DNA of 64,000 bases from Cyanophyceae cyanobacterium (GTDB lineage Bacteria; Cyanobacteriota; Cyanobacteriia; Cyanobacteriales; Laspinemataceae): positions 32,001 through 96,000 of the forward strand of contig JBBQFN010000004.1 of the NCBI GenBank assembly GCA_038321985.1, written 5' to 3'. The notes beneath the pieces were generated by a model. The model was given only the letters and a program-made list of their open reading frames with translations. It was not told the DNA's origin and did not search any database. A program made the position numbers and the translations under genes. Shown here piece by piece: positions 11,849 through 22,294 of the stretch (position 1 is the first letter of the stretch; each line of letters starts with the position of its first letter).

Positions 11849-11880
11849 AAAAGGCGGGGGAGAAATCCTCCGCCTTTTTT
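11849..11880 (+). terminator. Intrinsic terminator after clpC
   Basis: aaaaggcggggg-agaaa-tcctccgcctttttt hairpin followed by a T-run. Confidence 0.75.
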
Positions 11881-11948
11881 GATACAATGAGCTAGGAGGG
11901 GAATGATTGCGATCGCCCCAGATTTAACGGGATAAAAAAGGAAATGAA

Positions 11949-13121
11949 GTGAGTAAACATCGACCCCTGAAAGCTGTCGAATTATTTGCCGGAATTGGCG
12001 GGTTTCATTTAGGCATGGGGGCGGCTAATATTCAAACCATTTGGGCCAATGATAGCAGTGAATTAGCCGCTCAAGTGTACCGGAGTAACTTTGGGGAACA
12101 GTCTCTCCGGTTCGGGGATATCAGGCAAATCGAGATAGCAGAGATTCCCCCCCATGATATTTTAACCGCTGGGTTTCCCTGTCAACCTTTTAGTGCGGCG
12201 GGGAAAAAACTAGGCATTCGCGACTGCCTCCGGGGAACCTTGTTTGAACGGATTATCGAAATTTTAGATAAAAAACAGCCGTCGTATTTCTTTTTAGAGA
12301 ATGTCAAGCGGATGCTGACGATGGAATCCGGATATCACTTCCGGGTGATTTTGGATGCACTGTCTGCCTTAGATTATTTTATAGAATGGCGAGTCATTAA
12401 TACCCTCAGCTTTGGACTTCCTCAAAATCGCGATCGTATCTTCATCTTTGGAACGCGCATCAACCCACCCCAAAGCTATCCTGAACTCCTACAAAACCAT
12501 TCCGTATTTTTGACCCAAGCTGATGTAGAAGCCATTCAAGTCGATAGCCACCTCCAGTCTCATTTTACCCCAATTTTAACCAGCTATAGCAAAATTCCAA
12601 ACTGGGGAATTGCCTATCAACGAAAAATGTATGCCAAACCGATTCCTCCCTTGGCAGACATCCAACCGAGGAAGAAACTCCGTGATATTCTGCAAGACGA
12701 ATCCGAGATAGAATCCCAGTTTGATTTTACCTCAGATACCCTAGAAAGAATCAAGCAAAGTAAAGCCGTCAATCGCTACTGTAATGGAGTAGAAATCCTG
12801 TATAATCAAGGAGGAGGAGCCAGACTCGGTTATACTATCTTTGGGATTAATGGAATTACCTCAACCCTGACGGCATCCACCTCCAGACATTATGAACGAT
12901 ATCGAGTTGGGGATAAATATCGCCGCTTAACCCCCGTGGAATATGCCAGATTAATGGGGTTTCCCGATGAGTGGTGCCGCGTTGCCCGAGTTTACGATCG
13001 CTATGCCTTATTCGGAAATGCGATCGCGCCTCCCTGTGTCGCCTGGGTTGCCAAACGAATCGGTCAAAAAAACATTGACCTCAATCAGCGTAGCTGGCAG
13101 CAATTAACTTTAGCTTTATGA
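11949..13121 (+). CDS. DNA (cytosine-5)-methyltransferase of a type II R-M system
   Basis: Motif I LFAGIGG, IV GFPCQPFS, VI ENV, VIII QNRDRIF, IX RRLTPVEYARLMGFP, X GNAI. Confidence 0.95.
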   Translation: MSKHRPLKAVELFAGIGGFHLGMGAANIQTIWANDSSELAAQVYRSNFGEQSLRFGDIRQIEIAEIPPHDILTAGFPCQPFSAAGKKLGIRDCLRGTLFERIIEILDKKQPSYFFLENVKRMLTMESGYHFRVILDALSALDYFIEWRVINTLSFGLPQNRDRIFIFGTRINPPQSYPELLQNHSVFLTQADVEAIQVDSHLQSHFTPILTSYSKIPNWGIAYQRKMYAKPIPPLADIQPRKKLRDILQDESEIESQFDFTSDTLERIKQSKAVNRYCNGVEILYNQGGGARLGYTIFGINGITSTLTASTSRHYERYRVGDKYRRLTPVEYARLMGFPDEWCRVARVYDRYALFGNAIAPPCVAWVAKRIGQKNIDLNQRSWQQLTLAL

Positions 13122-13140
13122 TCAGAAAAATTATCAATAA

Positions 13141-13800
13141 ATGCAACCACTGACCTTACCGGCGTTAAAGACAGAAGCAGGAGAATTTGCGAGACAACTG
13201 GCGACTACACCAATTCCCTTATATGGAATTACAGATGGTAAAGCAGTGGGAACTTATGTTGAAACAGCATTCAATAATTATTTAGCACTTCGATACGCCT
13301 ATAAAAGTGGTAGTGCTACCAGTGGGATTGATTTTCCAGATCTCAACGTGGATTTAAAAGTCACCTCGATTAGACAGCCTCAGTCTTCCTGTCCATTTCG
13401 AGATGCCAGTCAGAAAATATTTGGACTGGGGTATCATCTATTGGTTTTTACCTACGAAAAAACCGATAATCAGGTATCCCATCTTTGTTATTTAAATTTT
13501 TTAAATATTGTTTTTCTTGAACGAGAGGGCACAGCCGATTATCAAACCACTTATGGATTGCGAGAAATTCTCCGGCGTCATGGCAACAAAGATGATATAA
13601 TTGCATTTTTAGAAGAACGGAACCTCCCTTTAGATGAAATAGGCAGAGAACTTTTAGCGGATCGCATCATCAGTCAACCTCCAAAACAAGGGTTTTTAAC
13701 CATTTCAAATGCTTTACAGTGGAGGTTGCAATATAGAAGAATTATCGATTTAGCCAATAGCGGTGAAACGGAAGGAATAGAAAATTTACAAATATTATAA
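13141..13800 (+). CDS. Type II restriction endonuclease, NspV-like (predicted TTCGAA)
   Basis: LYGITDGKAVGTY, SGIDFP..VDLKVTSIRQPQSSCPF and GFLTISNALQWRLQY closely match R.NspV as I recall it; it lies directly downstream of the MTase. Confidence 0.8.
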   Translation: MQPLTLPALKTEAGEFARQLATTPIPLYGITDGKAVGTYVETAFNNYLALRYAYKSGSATSGIDFPDLNVDLKVTSIRQPQSSCPFRDASQKIFGLGYHLLVFTYEKTDNQVSHLCYLNFLNIVFLEREGTADYQTTYGLREILRRHGNKDDIIAFLEERNLPLDEIGRELLADRIISQPPKQGFLTISNALQWRLQYRRIIDLANSGETEGIENLQIL

Positions 13801-13860
13801 TTAGGGCTAATAAACTCCCACTCTAAAGAAGTTAAAGCAAGGAACAGCAGCGACAACCAC

Positions 13861-13883
13861 AGGGGTTTGAACCCCCGCCGGTT
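13861..13883. repeat. Partial REP-like palindrome (family of 18401-18453)
   Basis: The reverse complement aaccggcgggggttcaaacccct matches accggcgggggtttaaacccc at 18401. Confidence 0.55.
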
Positions 13884-13916
13884 TTTGCTTCCTCACCCAA
13901 AATCCCCATTTCCTCC

Positions 13917-14819
13917 TTATCGCGGACTAAATTTAATCCGATAAACGGAACCTGGATATTGCTTAAACGTTTTACTCACCTGAGTCCGCAAATTCCAAAA
14001 TCGTACTGTATTATCTTCACTTGCCGAAGCTAAAGTCTTTCCATTCGGACTAAAACTCACACTATAAACAATATTTTGATGTTCCCGCAACGTCACCAAC
14101 AAAGCGCCATCTACGCTGCGCCAAATTTTTACCGTCTTATCTGCACTTGCGGACGCAATTAATTCTCCATCCGGACTAAAACAGACATCTAACACCGCAT
14201 TTTGATGCCCGGTTAATGTGCGAACAGTTCCATGACGTCCCCAGGAAATATCTCGCACCCATAATTTCACTGTGCCGTCACCACTTCCCGAGACTAATTG
14301 ATTCCCATCGTTATTAAAATTAACGCTATAAACACTATCTTCATGACCTTCTAATGTTCTTAAGCAAATTCCGTTAAACTGCCATAACTTGATGGTGCCA
14401 TCACCACAGCCAGAAGCAATTAAATTCCCGTTGGGTAGAAAGTTTATATCAAATAATCCCGAAGATTGGCGTTTAATGGAAGAAATTAAGGTACCATCTC
14501 GTTTCCAAAACTTCAAAGTTTTATCCGCACTGGCGGTAGCAATGCGATTCCCTTTCGTGTTAAAATCAACCCCAAATACTTCCGCACTATGTCCTTTCAA
14601 GGTGGTTAAAAATGTCCCATCTCGACGCCAAAGTTTGACAGTTTTATCGGCACTGGCTGTGGCGATTAGTTTCCCATCTGGACTGAATGCAAGACTCAAA
14701 ACACTGTCACTATGGCCGTTGAGAATCGTATCTACACTGCCATCAAGTTGCCACAGTCTGACGGTTGTATCGGCACAGGCAGCGGCGATCGCACTAGAAA
14801 GGGTTGGGGAGAAAAACAT
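13917..14819 (-). CDS. Stand-alone WD40 repeat protein
   Basis: Seven GH...FSPDG..IASASAD.TVKLW-type repeats. Confidence 0.9.
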   Translation of the reverse strand: MFFSPTLSSAIAAACADTTVRLWQLDGSVDTILNGHSDSVLSLAFSPDGKLIATASADKTVKLWRRDGTFLTTLKGHSAEVFGVDFNTKGNRIATASADKTLKFWKRDGTLISSIKRQSSGLFDINFLPNGNLIASGCGDGTIKLWQFNGICLRTLEGHEDSVYSVNFNNDGNQLVSGSGDGTVKLWVRDISWGRHGTVRTLTGHQNAVLDVCFSPDGELIASASADKTVKIWRSVDGALLVTLREHQNIVYSVSFSPNGKTLASASEDNTVRFWNLRTQVSKTFKQYPGSVYRIKFSPR

Positions 14820-14994
14820 ACAAAAGTCAGCCCGTCTTTGAGTCTGGAGATAGTAAGGGGAAAAGTTACCTGATTATCTATTATTATAAGGGGTTAAGGT
14901 TTTCCATTCCGCCGCCCGGGAGGAATACCCATCTAAATTCATCCAAATAACTTGAGAATTGTCTATAATAGGCACATCGGATTGGAGAGGTTAT

Positions 14995-15627
14995 ATGGCG
15001 TTAATAAGTGAACTGCGCTGGTTTTATCCGGGTTCTCCACCGGAGGCGATCGCCGATTGGTTTGAAGGGAACTCTCCAATTCCCGGGCCAATCTCCCCAG
15101 AAACACGAGAAGATTTATATCTGTTCACCCCCGGCTGTGATTATCTTAATATTAAATGGCGACAAGACCGCCTAGAAATCAAATGGCGGCAAGCAGAATG
15201 GGGGGAGGTCCAGTTTGGGGGCTGCCTATCGGGGAATCTAGAAACCTGGAAAAAGTGCGCTTGTGAGGGGTTAAGTCCCGGAATGCCAGGGGATGCAGAA
15301 GCAAGCGAAACCTGGGTGAGGGTCCGCAAAACGCGATCGCAGCGCTTTTATCAATACCATCATTCCAGGATTGAACCCATTACTGGCGATCGCCAAGTTT
15401 CCCAAGGATGCAGCTTAGAACTGACCCACCTGGCGATCGCGGATCAACCTTGGTGGAGTCTTGCCTTAGAGGCATTCGGTCCCACCGATACCTTGATTGA
15501 CACTCTCAAAGCAACCCTAACCTTAATCAGCATCACCTATCCGGCCGAATATCCCTTATCCGGTTCAGCATCCTATGCCTATCCCCACTGGTTGCAACGC
15601 GTGTTCCAGGGAAAAGGGGACGGTTGA
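14995..15627 (+). CDS. Hypothetical protein, possibly CYTH-like fold
   Basis: N-terminal SELRWF, REDLYL, IKWRQ..LEIK, WVRVRK.R, C.LELT, LALEAFG. GGAGAGG precedes ATG 14995. Confidence 0.7.
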   Translation: MALISELRWFYPGSPPEAIADWFEGNSPIPGPISPETREDLYLFTPGCDYLNIKWRQDRLEIKWRQAEWGEVQFGGCLSGNLETWKKCACEGLSPGMPGDAEASETWVRVRKTRSQRFYQYHHSRIEPITGDRQVSQGCSLELTHLAIADQPWWSLALEAFGPTDTLIDTLKATLTLISITYPAEYPLSGSASYAYPHWLQRVFQGKGDG

Positions 15628-15634
15628 TGGGGAA

Positions 15635-15661
15635 GAAACGACTGAAGTCGTGACGTTGAAC
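15635..15661. repeat. REP-like palindrome, family ACGACTTCAGTCGT
   Basis: gaaacgactgaagtcgtgacgttgaac; related copies at 33827, 33883 and 36275. Confidence 0.8.
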
Positions 15662-15765
15662 CCCCATTTCCCGTAATATCGACCCAATTGATTCGGGAAT
15701 CCCGATCTCGATTCTAGGCAGGGCTTAATTAAAATAAAAATGTGACAATAATAGGAAAAAATAGT

Positions 15766-18390
15766 ATGCAACCCAATAATCCGAATCAGTTTACAGAAAA
15801 AGCATGGGCAGCGATCGCCCAAACCCCCGATCTTGCCAAACAAGCGCAACATCAGCAAATCGAAAGCGAAATCCTGATGAAAGCGTTACTCGAACAAGAA
15901 GGACTCTCTAGCAGCATTCTTAGCAAAGCAGGAGTTAACGTCCAACAAATGCGCGATCGCACCGAACAATTTATCAATCGCCAACCCAAAGTGAGTGGTA
16001 CCAGTTCCGTCTATCTCGGACGTAGCGTTGATACCCTGCTTGATCGCGCCGATGCTTATCGGAAAGAGTATGCCGATGAATATATTTCTATCGAACATAT
16101 ATTACTGGGATTCGCTAAAGATGACCGCTTTGGCAAAGGACTCTTCCAGGAATTCAAACTCACTGAACAAAAACTCAAAGACACCATCGCGCAAGTTAGA
16201 GGCAGTCAAAAAGTGACCGATCAAAATCCCGAAGGCAAGTATCAATCGTTAGAAAAGTATGGACGCGATCTCACGCAAGCGGCGCGAGAAGGTAAACTTG
16301 ACCCAGTAATTGGTCGAGATGACGAAATTCGCCGGACCATTCAAATCCTCTCTCGGCGCACAAAGAATAATCCTGTCTTAATTGGGGAACCGGGGGTGGG
16401 TAAAACTGCGATCGCCGAAGGACTCGCACAGCGGATTATCGCAGGAGATGTTCCCCAATCCCTGAAGGACCGGCAACTTATCACCTTAGATATGGGTGCA
16501 TTAATTGCGGGTGCAAAATATCGCGGGGAATTTGAAGAACGTCTCAAAGCAGTGCTCAAGGAAGTCACTGAATCTGGCGGAACAATTATCCTATTTATTG
16601 ATGAAATTCATACGGTCGTTGGTGCCGGTGCCACCCAAGGGGCAATGGATGCCGGAAACCTACTAAAACCTATGTTAGCACGGGGAGAACTGCGCTGTAT
16701 CGGAGCAACTACGTTAGATGAATATCGCAAATATTTGGAAAAAGATGCAGCCTTAGAACGGCGTTTCCAGCAAGTGTATATCGATCAACCCAGCGTTGTT
16801 GATAGTATCTCAATTTTGCGCGGACTTAAAGAACGATATGAAGTGCATCATGGGGTAAAAATTTCCGATAGTGCCTTAGTTGCTGCTGCCACTTTATCGA
16901 ATCGATATATCAGCGATCGCTTCTTACCTGATAAGGCGATCGACCTCGTAGATGAAGCTGCCGCAAAACTGAAAATGGAGATTACCTCCAAACCCGAGGA
17001 ACTGGACGAAATCGACCGGAAAATACTCCAACTAGAAATGGAAAAGTTATCCTTAAAAAATGAAAGTGATCTAGCCTCTCAGGACCGTTTACAAGGGTTA
17101 GAAAAAGAACTCGGCAACCTCAAAGAACAACAACATACCCTGAATGCACAATGGCAGTCTGAAAAAGACGTGATTGCTCAAATTCAGAGTATTAAAGAAG
17201 AAATTGATCGGGTCAACATCGAAATTCAACAAGCGGAACGCAACTACGACCTCAACCGCGCCGCTGAACTAAAATATGGCAACCTCACCAGCTTGCAAAA
17301 GCAGCTAGAACAAGCCGAAGCTAATTTAGCCGCAAACCAAACCAGCGGTCAAACCTTACTCCGTGAAGAAGTAACCGAAGCAGATATTGCCGAAATTATC
17401 TCTAAATGGACCGGAATTCCGATTAGTAAATTAGTGGAATCGGAGATGCAAAAACTGCTACAACTTGAAGATGAATTGCACAAGCGCGTCATCGGACAAG
17501 AGGAAGCCGTAACTGCTGTGGCCGATTCTATCCAGCGATCGCGCGCCGGATTATCCGACCCAAACCGTCCCGTTGCCAGCTTTATCTTCCTCGGACCCAC
17601 AGGGGTTGGTAAAACCGAACTCGCCAAAGCCCTTGCTGCTTATCTATTCGATACCGAAGAATCAATGGTGCGAATTGATATGTCTGAATACATGGAGAAA
17701 CACGCCGTTTCCCGCTTAGTGGGTGCACCTCCAGGATATGTCGGGTATGAAGAAGGGGGACAACTTTCCGAAGCAGTGCGCCGTCGTCCTTACTCGGTTA
17801 TTCTATTTGATGAAATCGAGAAAGCACATCCTGATGTCTTTAATATCATGCTGCAAATTCTCGATGATGGCCGCGTGACGGATGCACAAGGACATACCGT
17901 AGACTTCAAGAATTCCGTAATCATTATGACCAGTAACGTGGGGTCACAATTTATCTTAGATGTCTCCGGTGACGATGAACAGTATGAAGAAATGCGGGGT
18001 CGCGTTATGGAAGCCATGCGGACTAATTTCCGTCCCGAATTCCTGAACCGAATTGATGAAATGATTATTTTCCATTCGTTGAAAAAAGAGCAACTGCGGC
18101 AGATTGTACAGTTGCAAATTGAACGAGTTGTTGAACGCCTACGCGATCGCAAGATGTCCTTGAAACTGTCCGATAGTGCGGTTAGTTTCTTAGCGGAAGT
18201 GGGGTATGACCCAGTTTATGGCGCAAGACCCCTGAAGCGTTCCATTCAGCGGGAGTTAGAAACCCAAATTGCTAAATCCATCTTACGGGGTGATTTTACC
18301 AATGGGGATACGATTTTTGTCGATGTAGAAAATGAGCGATTAATGTTTAAGCGGTTAGCGTCTGATTTGTTAGTTCAATCTGATTTGTAA
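15766..18390 (+). CDS. clpB: Chaperone ClpB
   Basis: [14 protein letters not shown] start, two AAA modules, long coiled-coil M domain ([13 protein letters not shown]...AAELKYG), no LGF loop. Confidence 0.97.
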   Translation: MQPNNPNQFTEKAWAAIAQTPDLAKQAQHQQIESEILMKALLEQEGLSSSILSKAGVNVQQMRDRTEQFINRQPKVSGTSSVYLGRSVDTLLDRADAYRKEYADEYISIEHILLGFAKDDRFGKGLFQEFKLTEQKLKDTIAQVRGSQKVTDQNPEGKYQSLEKYGRDLTQAAREGKLDPVIGRDDEIRRTIQILSRRTKNNPVLIGEPGVGKTAIAEGLAQRIIAGDVPQSLKDRQLITLDMGALIAGAKYRGEFEERLKAVLKEVTESGGTIILFIDEIHTVVGAGATQGAMDAGNLLKPMLARGELRCIGATTLDEYRKYLEKDAALERRFQQVYIDQPSVVDSISILRGLKERYEVHHGVKISDSALVAAATLSNRYISDRFLPDKAIDLVDEAAAKLKMEITSKPEELDEIDRKILQLEMEKLSLKNESDLASQDRLQGLEKELGNLKEQQHTLNAQWQSEKDVIAQIQSIKEEIDRVNIEIQQAERNYDLNRAAELKYGNLTSLQKQLEQAEANLAANQTSGQTLLREEVTEADIAEIISKWTGIPISKLVESEMQKLLQLEDELHKRVIGQEEAVTAVADSIQRSRAGLSDPNRPVASFIFLGPTGVGKTELAKALAAYLFDTEESMVRIDMSEYMEKHAVSRLVGAPPGYVGYEEGGQLSEAVRRRPYSVILFDEIEKAHPDVFNIMLQILDDGRVTDAQGHTVDFKNSVIIMTSNVGSQFILDVSGDDEQYEEMRGRVMEAMRTNFRPEFLNRIDEMIIFHSLKKEQLRQIVQLQIERVVERLRDRKMSLKLSDSAVSFLAEVGYDPVYGARPLKRSIQRELETQIAKSILRGDFTNGDTIFVDVENERLMFKRLASDLLVQSDL

Positions 18391-18400
18391 GTTCTGCATA

Positions 18401-18453
18401 ACCGGCGGGGGTTTAAACCCCCGCCTAATAGCTAAAGTCGGTTAAAACCGACT
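18401..18453. repeat. Double-hairpin REP-like element / terminator after clpB
   Basis: ggcgggggtttaaacccccgcc followed by agtcggttaaaaccgact. Confidence 0.7.
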
Positions 18454-18496
18454 AGGGAGAATAATTCGCGAGAATGAGTTAGGAGGGATGGTTTAA

Positions 18497-19057
18497 ATGA
18501 GCGTTCAATTGATTAAGCATAAATTTACGGTTGATGATTATAGTAAGATGGCAGAAATAGGGGTTTTTAAGGCAGGCGATCGCATTGAACTAATCCGAGG
18601 AGAAATCATCGAAATCTCACCCATTGGAACCCGTCATGCTGCTTGTGTCAGACGCTTACAGTTATTGTTGTCCGAAAAAGTAGGAAAACGCGCATTGTGC
18701 GACACCCAAAATCCCATACAATTAGGCAACAACTCTCAACCGCAACCGGATGTAACCTTGCTACAACCCCGGGATGATTTTTATGCCACCCAACATCCGC
18801 AACCCCAGGATATCTTGCTATTAGTCGAAGTTGCCGATACCACCTTAGAAGGCGATCGTACCATCAAAATCCCTCTCTATGCCGAACACAACATCACCGA
18901 AGTCTGGTTAGTCAATCTCCCCGAAAACTGCCTAGAAGTCTACCGCCAACCCACCGAAACCGGATATCAAATCATCAGTCAATTCTATCCCGGAGACACC
19001 CTATCCCTACAAACATTTCCTGACATCACCCTCAACGTTAATCAAATCCTATCCTAG
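18497..19057 (+). CDS. Uma2 family protein
   Basis: FTVDDY..M, RIELIRGEI, QPQPDV, LLVEVADTTL..DR..K..LYA. Confidence 0.9.
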   Translation: MSVQLIKHKFTVDDYSKMAEIGVFKAGDRIELIRGEIIEISPIGTRHAACVRRLQLLLSEKVGKRALCDTQNPIQLGNNSQPQPDVTLLQPRDDFYATQHPQPQDILLLVEVADTTLEGDRTIKIPLYAEHNITEVWLVNLPENCLEVYRQPTETGYQIISQFYPGDTLSLQTFPDITLNVNQILS

Positions 19058-19122
19058 TCCTTCTCTAAGGTTCGGAGTAACGATTTGCATTCGGTATCCC
19101 CCTTAATCCACAAACCAACCTA

Positions 19123-19725
19123 ATGGCATATAGTGACTTTACATTAACCGAAATCAAAACAAAATTTAACTTAACTCTTAGCGAACAAATTGATTTATTT
19201 CCCCAGATTCCTGAACTTCAAGGCAGCAAGCACTTAACTCAAACCCTCCAAGATAATATCCCTCTGGCCTTGGCGATCGACACGGAAAAAGCCCGTTCAG
19301 AAATGATAGTCACCCCCATTTTAATCGAACTCAGAAAATACTTTCAACTCCAAATCAGTTTATTTTCGGGCATCCCCTTTAACGTCGATATAGCCCAGGG
19401 ATTAAATGGAACTTGTGACTTTTTGATTAGTCACTCTGCTGAACAACTCTCTATAGAAGCCCCCATCATTACCTTAGTTGAAGCCAAAAATGATAACATT
19501 AAATCTGGACTAGGACAATGCCTCGCCGAAATGGTTGCGGCCCAATTATTTAACCAACAGAAAGGCAATTCGATTCCTATCATCTATGGAGTTATTACCA
19601 CGGGAAGCGTCTGGAAATTTCTCAAATTAGAAAATCAAATTGCCTCCATTGATTTAGTTGAATATTACATTCGAGACTTGCCTAAAATTCTGGGTATTTT
19701 AGCCAACGCGATCGCCACCCGGTAG
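19123..19725 (+). CDS. Cyanobacterial PD-(D/E)XK-fold hypothetical protein (HsdR-N-like)
   Basis: [51 protein letters not shown]. Confidence 0.8.
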   Translation: MAYSDFTLTEIKTKFNLTLSEQIDLFPQIPELQGSKHLTQTLQDNIPLALAIDTEKARSEMIVTPILIELRKYFQLQISLFSGIPFNVDIAQGLNGTCDFLISHSAEQLSIEAPIITLVEAKNDNIKSGLGQCLAEMVAAQLFNQQKGNSIPIIYGVITTGSVWKFLKLENQIASIDLVEYYIRDLPKILGILANAIATR

Positions 19726-20069
19726 GGAGACTGCACTGCCTTCTATTCTGCCCATGGGTAGAGGCGATCTGGCTTTGACATCCCGCCCTCGAACGGGATA
19801 AAATAAATAAGCATAACTAAAAAATACAAAATAATTTCCTTTCAATGGATTGATTTTAATCCCTCTATTCATCCATTTATCCTCGTTTTCTTGCTCTTGA
19901 TTAGTCTGGGAAGCGGTTTTATACTAGGGTTGGCTGCTTGGTTGATTAGGAAATGTATAAATCCGGGTTAGAGAAAGATACAAGCTAATTATTCTCTTTC
20001 TCTAGAGTGGATGAAATTATTTAGGTTTACTATAATAGTTTAAATAATGCCCTCTAACCCGATAAAATG

Positions 20070-20750
20070 ATGTGTGGAAGATTTAGCTTTTATCAAGCGC
20101 CTGAGACGGTTGCAGAATTATTTGAATTGGCGGGAATTCCCCAGGTAAAACCCCGATATAATATTGCGCCGACTCAATCTGTGCCTACGGTGTTGCAGCG
20201 GGGAGACACGGAGGAACGGGAGTTGCAGATGATGCGTTGGGGATTGATTCCATTTTGGGCGAAGGATGCCAAAATGGGGTCAAAATTGATTAATGCGCGA
20301 TCGGAAACGGTGGCGGAAAAACCTTCGTTTCGATCGCCTTTCAAGCATCGCCGTTGTTGGATTCTCGCCGATGGCTTTTATGAGTGGCAGACGACGGATG
20401 AAGGGAAGCAGCCGTTTTATTTTCAATTGAAGGATGGAGAACCGTTTGCGTTTGCTGGGTTGTGGGAACGCTGGCAGTCACCGGAAGGGGAGGAGATTGA
20501 GTCTTGCACGATTTTAACGACGGAGGCAAATGAACTGATGAGTCAGATTCATGTTCGGATGCCGGTGATTTTGTCTCCTAAGAGTCGCGATCGCTGGTTG
20601 GATTCGGCAACCCCTGCGGAGGATTTACACCCACTGCTGACTCCTTACGACTCACAAGAGATGATATCCTATCCGGTGAGTCGGATGGTGAATACTCCCA
20701 AAAGTGACCGCCCGGAATGTGTACAACCGATGGAAATGGGGGAACCATGA
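20070..20750 (+). CDS. SOS response-associated peptidase (SRAP/YedK/HMCES)
   Basis: MCGRF catalytic Cys, RYNIAPTQ, WGLIPFW, INARSET, DGFYEW, IH.RMPVIL. Confidence 0.95.
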   Translation: MCGRFSFYQAPETVAELFELAGIPQVKPRYNIAPTQSVPTVLQRGDTEERELQMMRWGLIPFWAKDAKMGSKLINARSETVAEKPSFRSPFKHRRCWILADGFYEWQTTDEGKQPFYFQLKDGEPFAFAGLWERWQSPEGEEIESCTILTTEANELMSQIHVRMPVILSPKSRDRWLDSATPAEDLHPLLTPYDSQEMISYPVSRMVNTPKSDRPECVQPMEMGEP

Positions 20751-20753
20751 AGG

Positions 20754-21482
20754 ATGAAGAGTTCACTTAATTATCTACCCCTGGCTGCTATTTCTGATCG
20801 CATTGCTGAGGATGACTTTTTGACGGCGATCGCCGTAACTTCTTTGGGGAATGAAGCGAATGTGAGAACTATCGGGGATTGGCAACCGCCCTTAGAGGGT
20901 AAAATGGCGAACTCTTCTCGTCATGGATTAGCCTTAAGTTGGTTATTCCAGGAATTAAAACTTCAGACGTTTTTCTCCGAACTTCTCGACTCAGAATATT
21001 TCTATCAGCACTTAGTACAAGCAGTCGGGCCCTATCACGAGGAAGATAAGCCCAGAGGGTTACTGCAAGCGGTTTTAGCGGCTGCCGATAGCCTTTTTAT
21101 GACTGAGGTTTTGGATTTGTTTGTGTATGGCAGTTTAATGCGAGGAGAAAGCAATCATTATTTATTAAAAGCTGCTGAATACAGGGGAGAAGATGCAATC
21201 GCTGAGGCGGATTTATTCTGTTTAGGTCCTTATCCTATGTTTGTCCCCGGAACAGGAACAGTTTATGGTGAATGCTATCACATTCCCTTAAAGATTATAC
21301 CCAGTCTCGACCGATTAGAAGACCATCCTCATTATTATCAAAGGCGGTGGATGCAATTTAAAAGTGGTAAAACTCGGTTAGTTTATCAAGGTTTTATCTC
21401 TCATGTCAAAGGATGCCCGCAAATTGTGAGTGGGTCCTGGCGCAGTCGCCCCTCAATCGGGGAGAGGCCCCGATTGAGTTGA
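20754..21482 (+). CDS. Gamma-glutamylcyclotransferase-like protein with N-terminal extension
   Basis: C-terminal FVYGSL..GE.NH...GPYP...VYGE.Y...LDRLE; about 115 aa N-terminal region is unassigned. Confidence 0.8.
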   Translation: MKSSLNYLPLAAISDRIAEDDFLTAIAVTSLGNEANVRTIGDWQPPLEGKMANSSRHGLALSWLFQELKLQTFFSELLDSEYFYQHLVQAVGPYHEEDKPRGLLQAVLAAADSLFMTEVLDLFVYGSLMRGESNHYLLKAAEYRGEDAIAEADLFCLGPYPMFVPGTGTVYGECYHIPLKIIPSLDRLEDHPHYYQRRWMQFKSGKTRLVYQGFISHVKGCPQIVSGSWRSRPSIGERPRLS

Positions 21483-21513
21483 CACGAAGTTAACTGAAAT
21501 TCTCATGATAATT

Positions 21514-22161
21514 TTACCAGTCCGTGAGTGCAGGACAATGAGTCATGCTGAAAAAATCACCATTTTTGATAATAATATGACGCTTTGAATCCAGGGTGAT
21601 AATTCCGTCACGACGGAGTTTACCTAAGATTCGGGTAATGGTAACGCGACTGGTGGCGATCGCTGTAGCCAAATCGTAATGGGTGAGTCTAACTCGTAAG
21701 CGAGTTCCATCGGTAACGGGTTCTCCCATTTCCTGTTTGAGTAACAATAATAACTGGTGTAATCGATCTTCTACCTTGCGTTGACTACTGATAGCAAGCA
21801 TAGCTTCTACCTGTCGCAGTCGCCGCATCAGTTGAGGAAACATTTCCCGCGCTAAATGCGGCGATCCTTCCACTTCTCGCAGGGAAAACCACATCAAATA
21901 AACATCCGATAGGGCTTTAGCTTGATAGGTTTGGAGACAGCTAAATGAGAGACTAAAACACATTGACGGACCCACCCATCCTAACAGTCCCTCTTCCCCG
22001 GTGGGATAAAGGGTGCCAAGTTGCACCAAACCTTGAGCAACCTGCCAGATTCCTTGAGATAAAATAGGGATAGTCTCGCCTTTAGCATAAAAATGCAGTC
22101 GGCGTTCTTCTCTAGCGTGATGTCTATCGGTTTCGGGAACCGCCTTAAGCGTTTGGAGCAT
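21514..22161 (-). CDS. Crp/Fnr family transcriptional regulator (PtrA-like)
   Basis: cNMP-like N-domain; C-terminal HTH LTHYDLATAIATSRVTITRILG. Confidence 0.9.
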   Translation of the reverse strand: MLQTLKAVPETDRHHAREERRLHFYAKGETIPILSQGIWQVAQGLVQLGTLYPTGEEGLLGWVGPSMCFSLSFSCLQTYQAKALSDVYLMWFSLREVEGSPHLAREMFPQLMRRLRQVEAMLAISSQRKVEDRLHQLLLLLKQEMGEPVTDGTRLRVRLTHYDLATAIATSRVTITRILGKLRRDGIITLDSKRHIIIKNGDFFSMTHCPALTDW

Positions 22162-22221
22162 ACCTACAACCTACCAGTCAATAACGCTGGTTACAAACTT
22201 TAGGTTTACTCTATCGGTTCA

Positions 22222-22262
22222 AGGTAAAGATTAGGTAATCCTTGGCAGAAATGTTGGTTAAG
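22222..22262 (-). promoter_or_regulatory. Candidate Pho box (SphR/PhoB) upstream of the Crp regulator
   Basis: Minus strand CTTAACCA-aca-TTTCTGCC-aag-GATTACCT-aat-CTTTACCT, 11-nt period, resembling the cyanobacterial CTTAACCT consensus. Confidence 0.6.
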
Positions 22263-22294
22263 ATGGGGTTCCCATTTGGTTATGTCCACTCATT

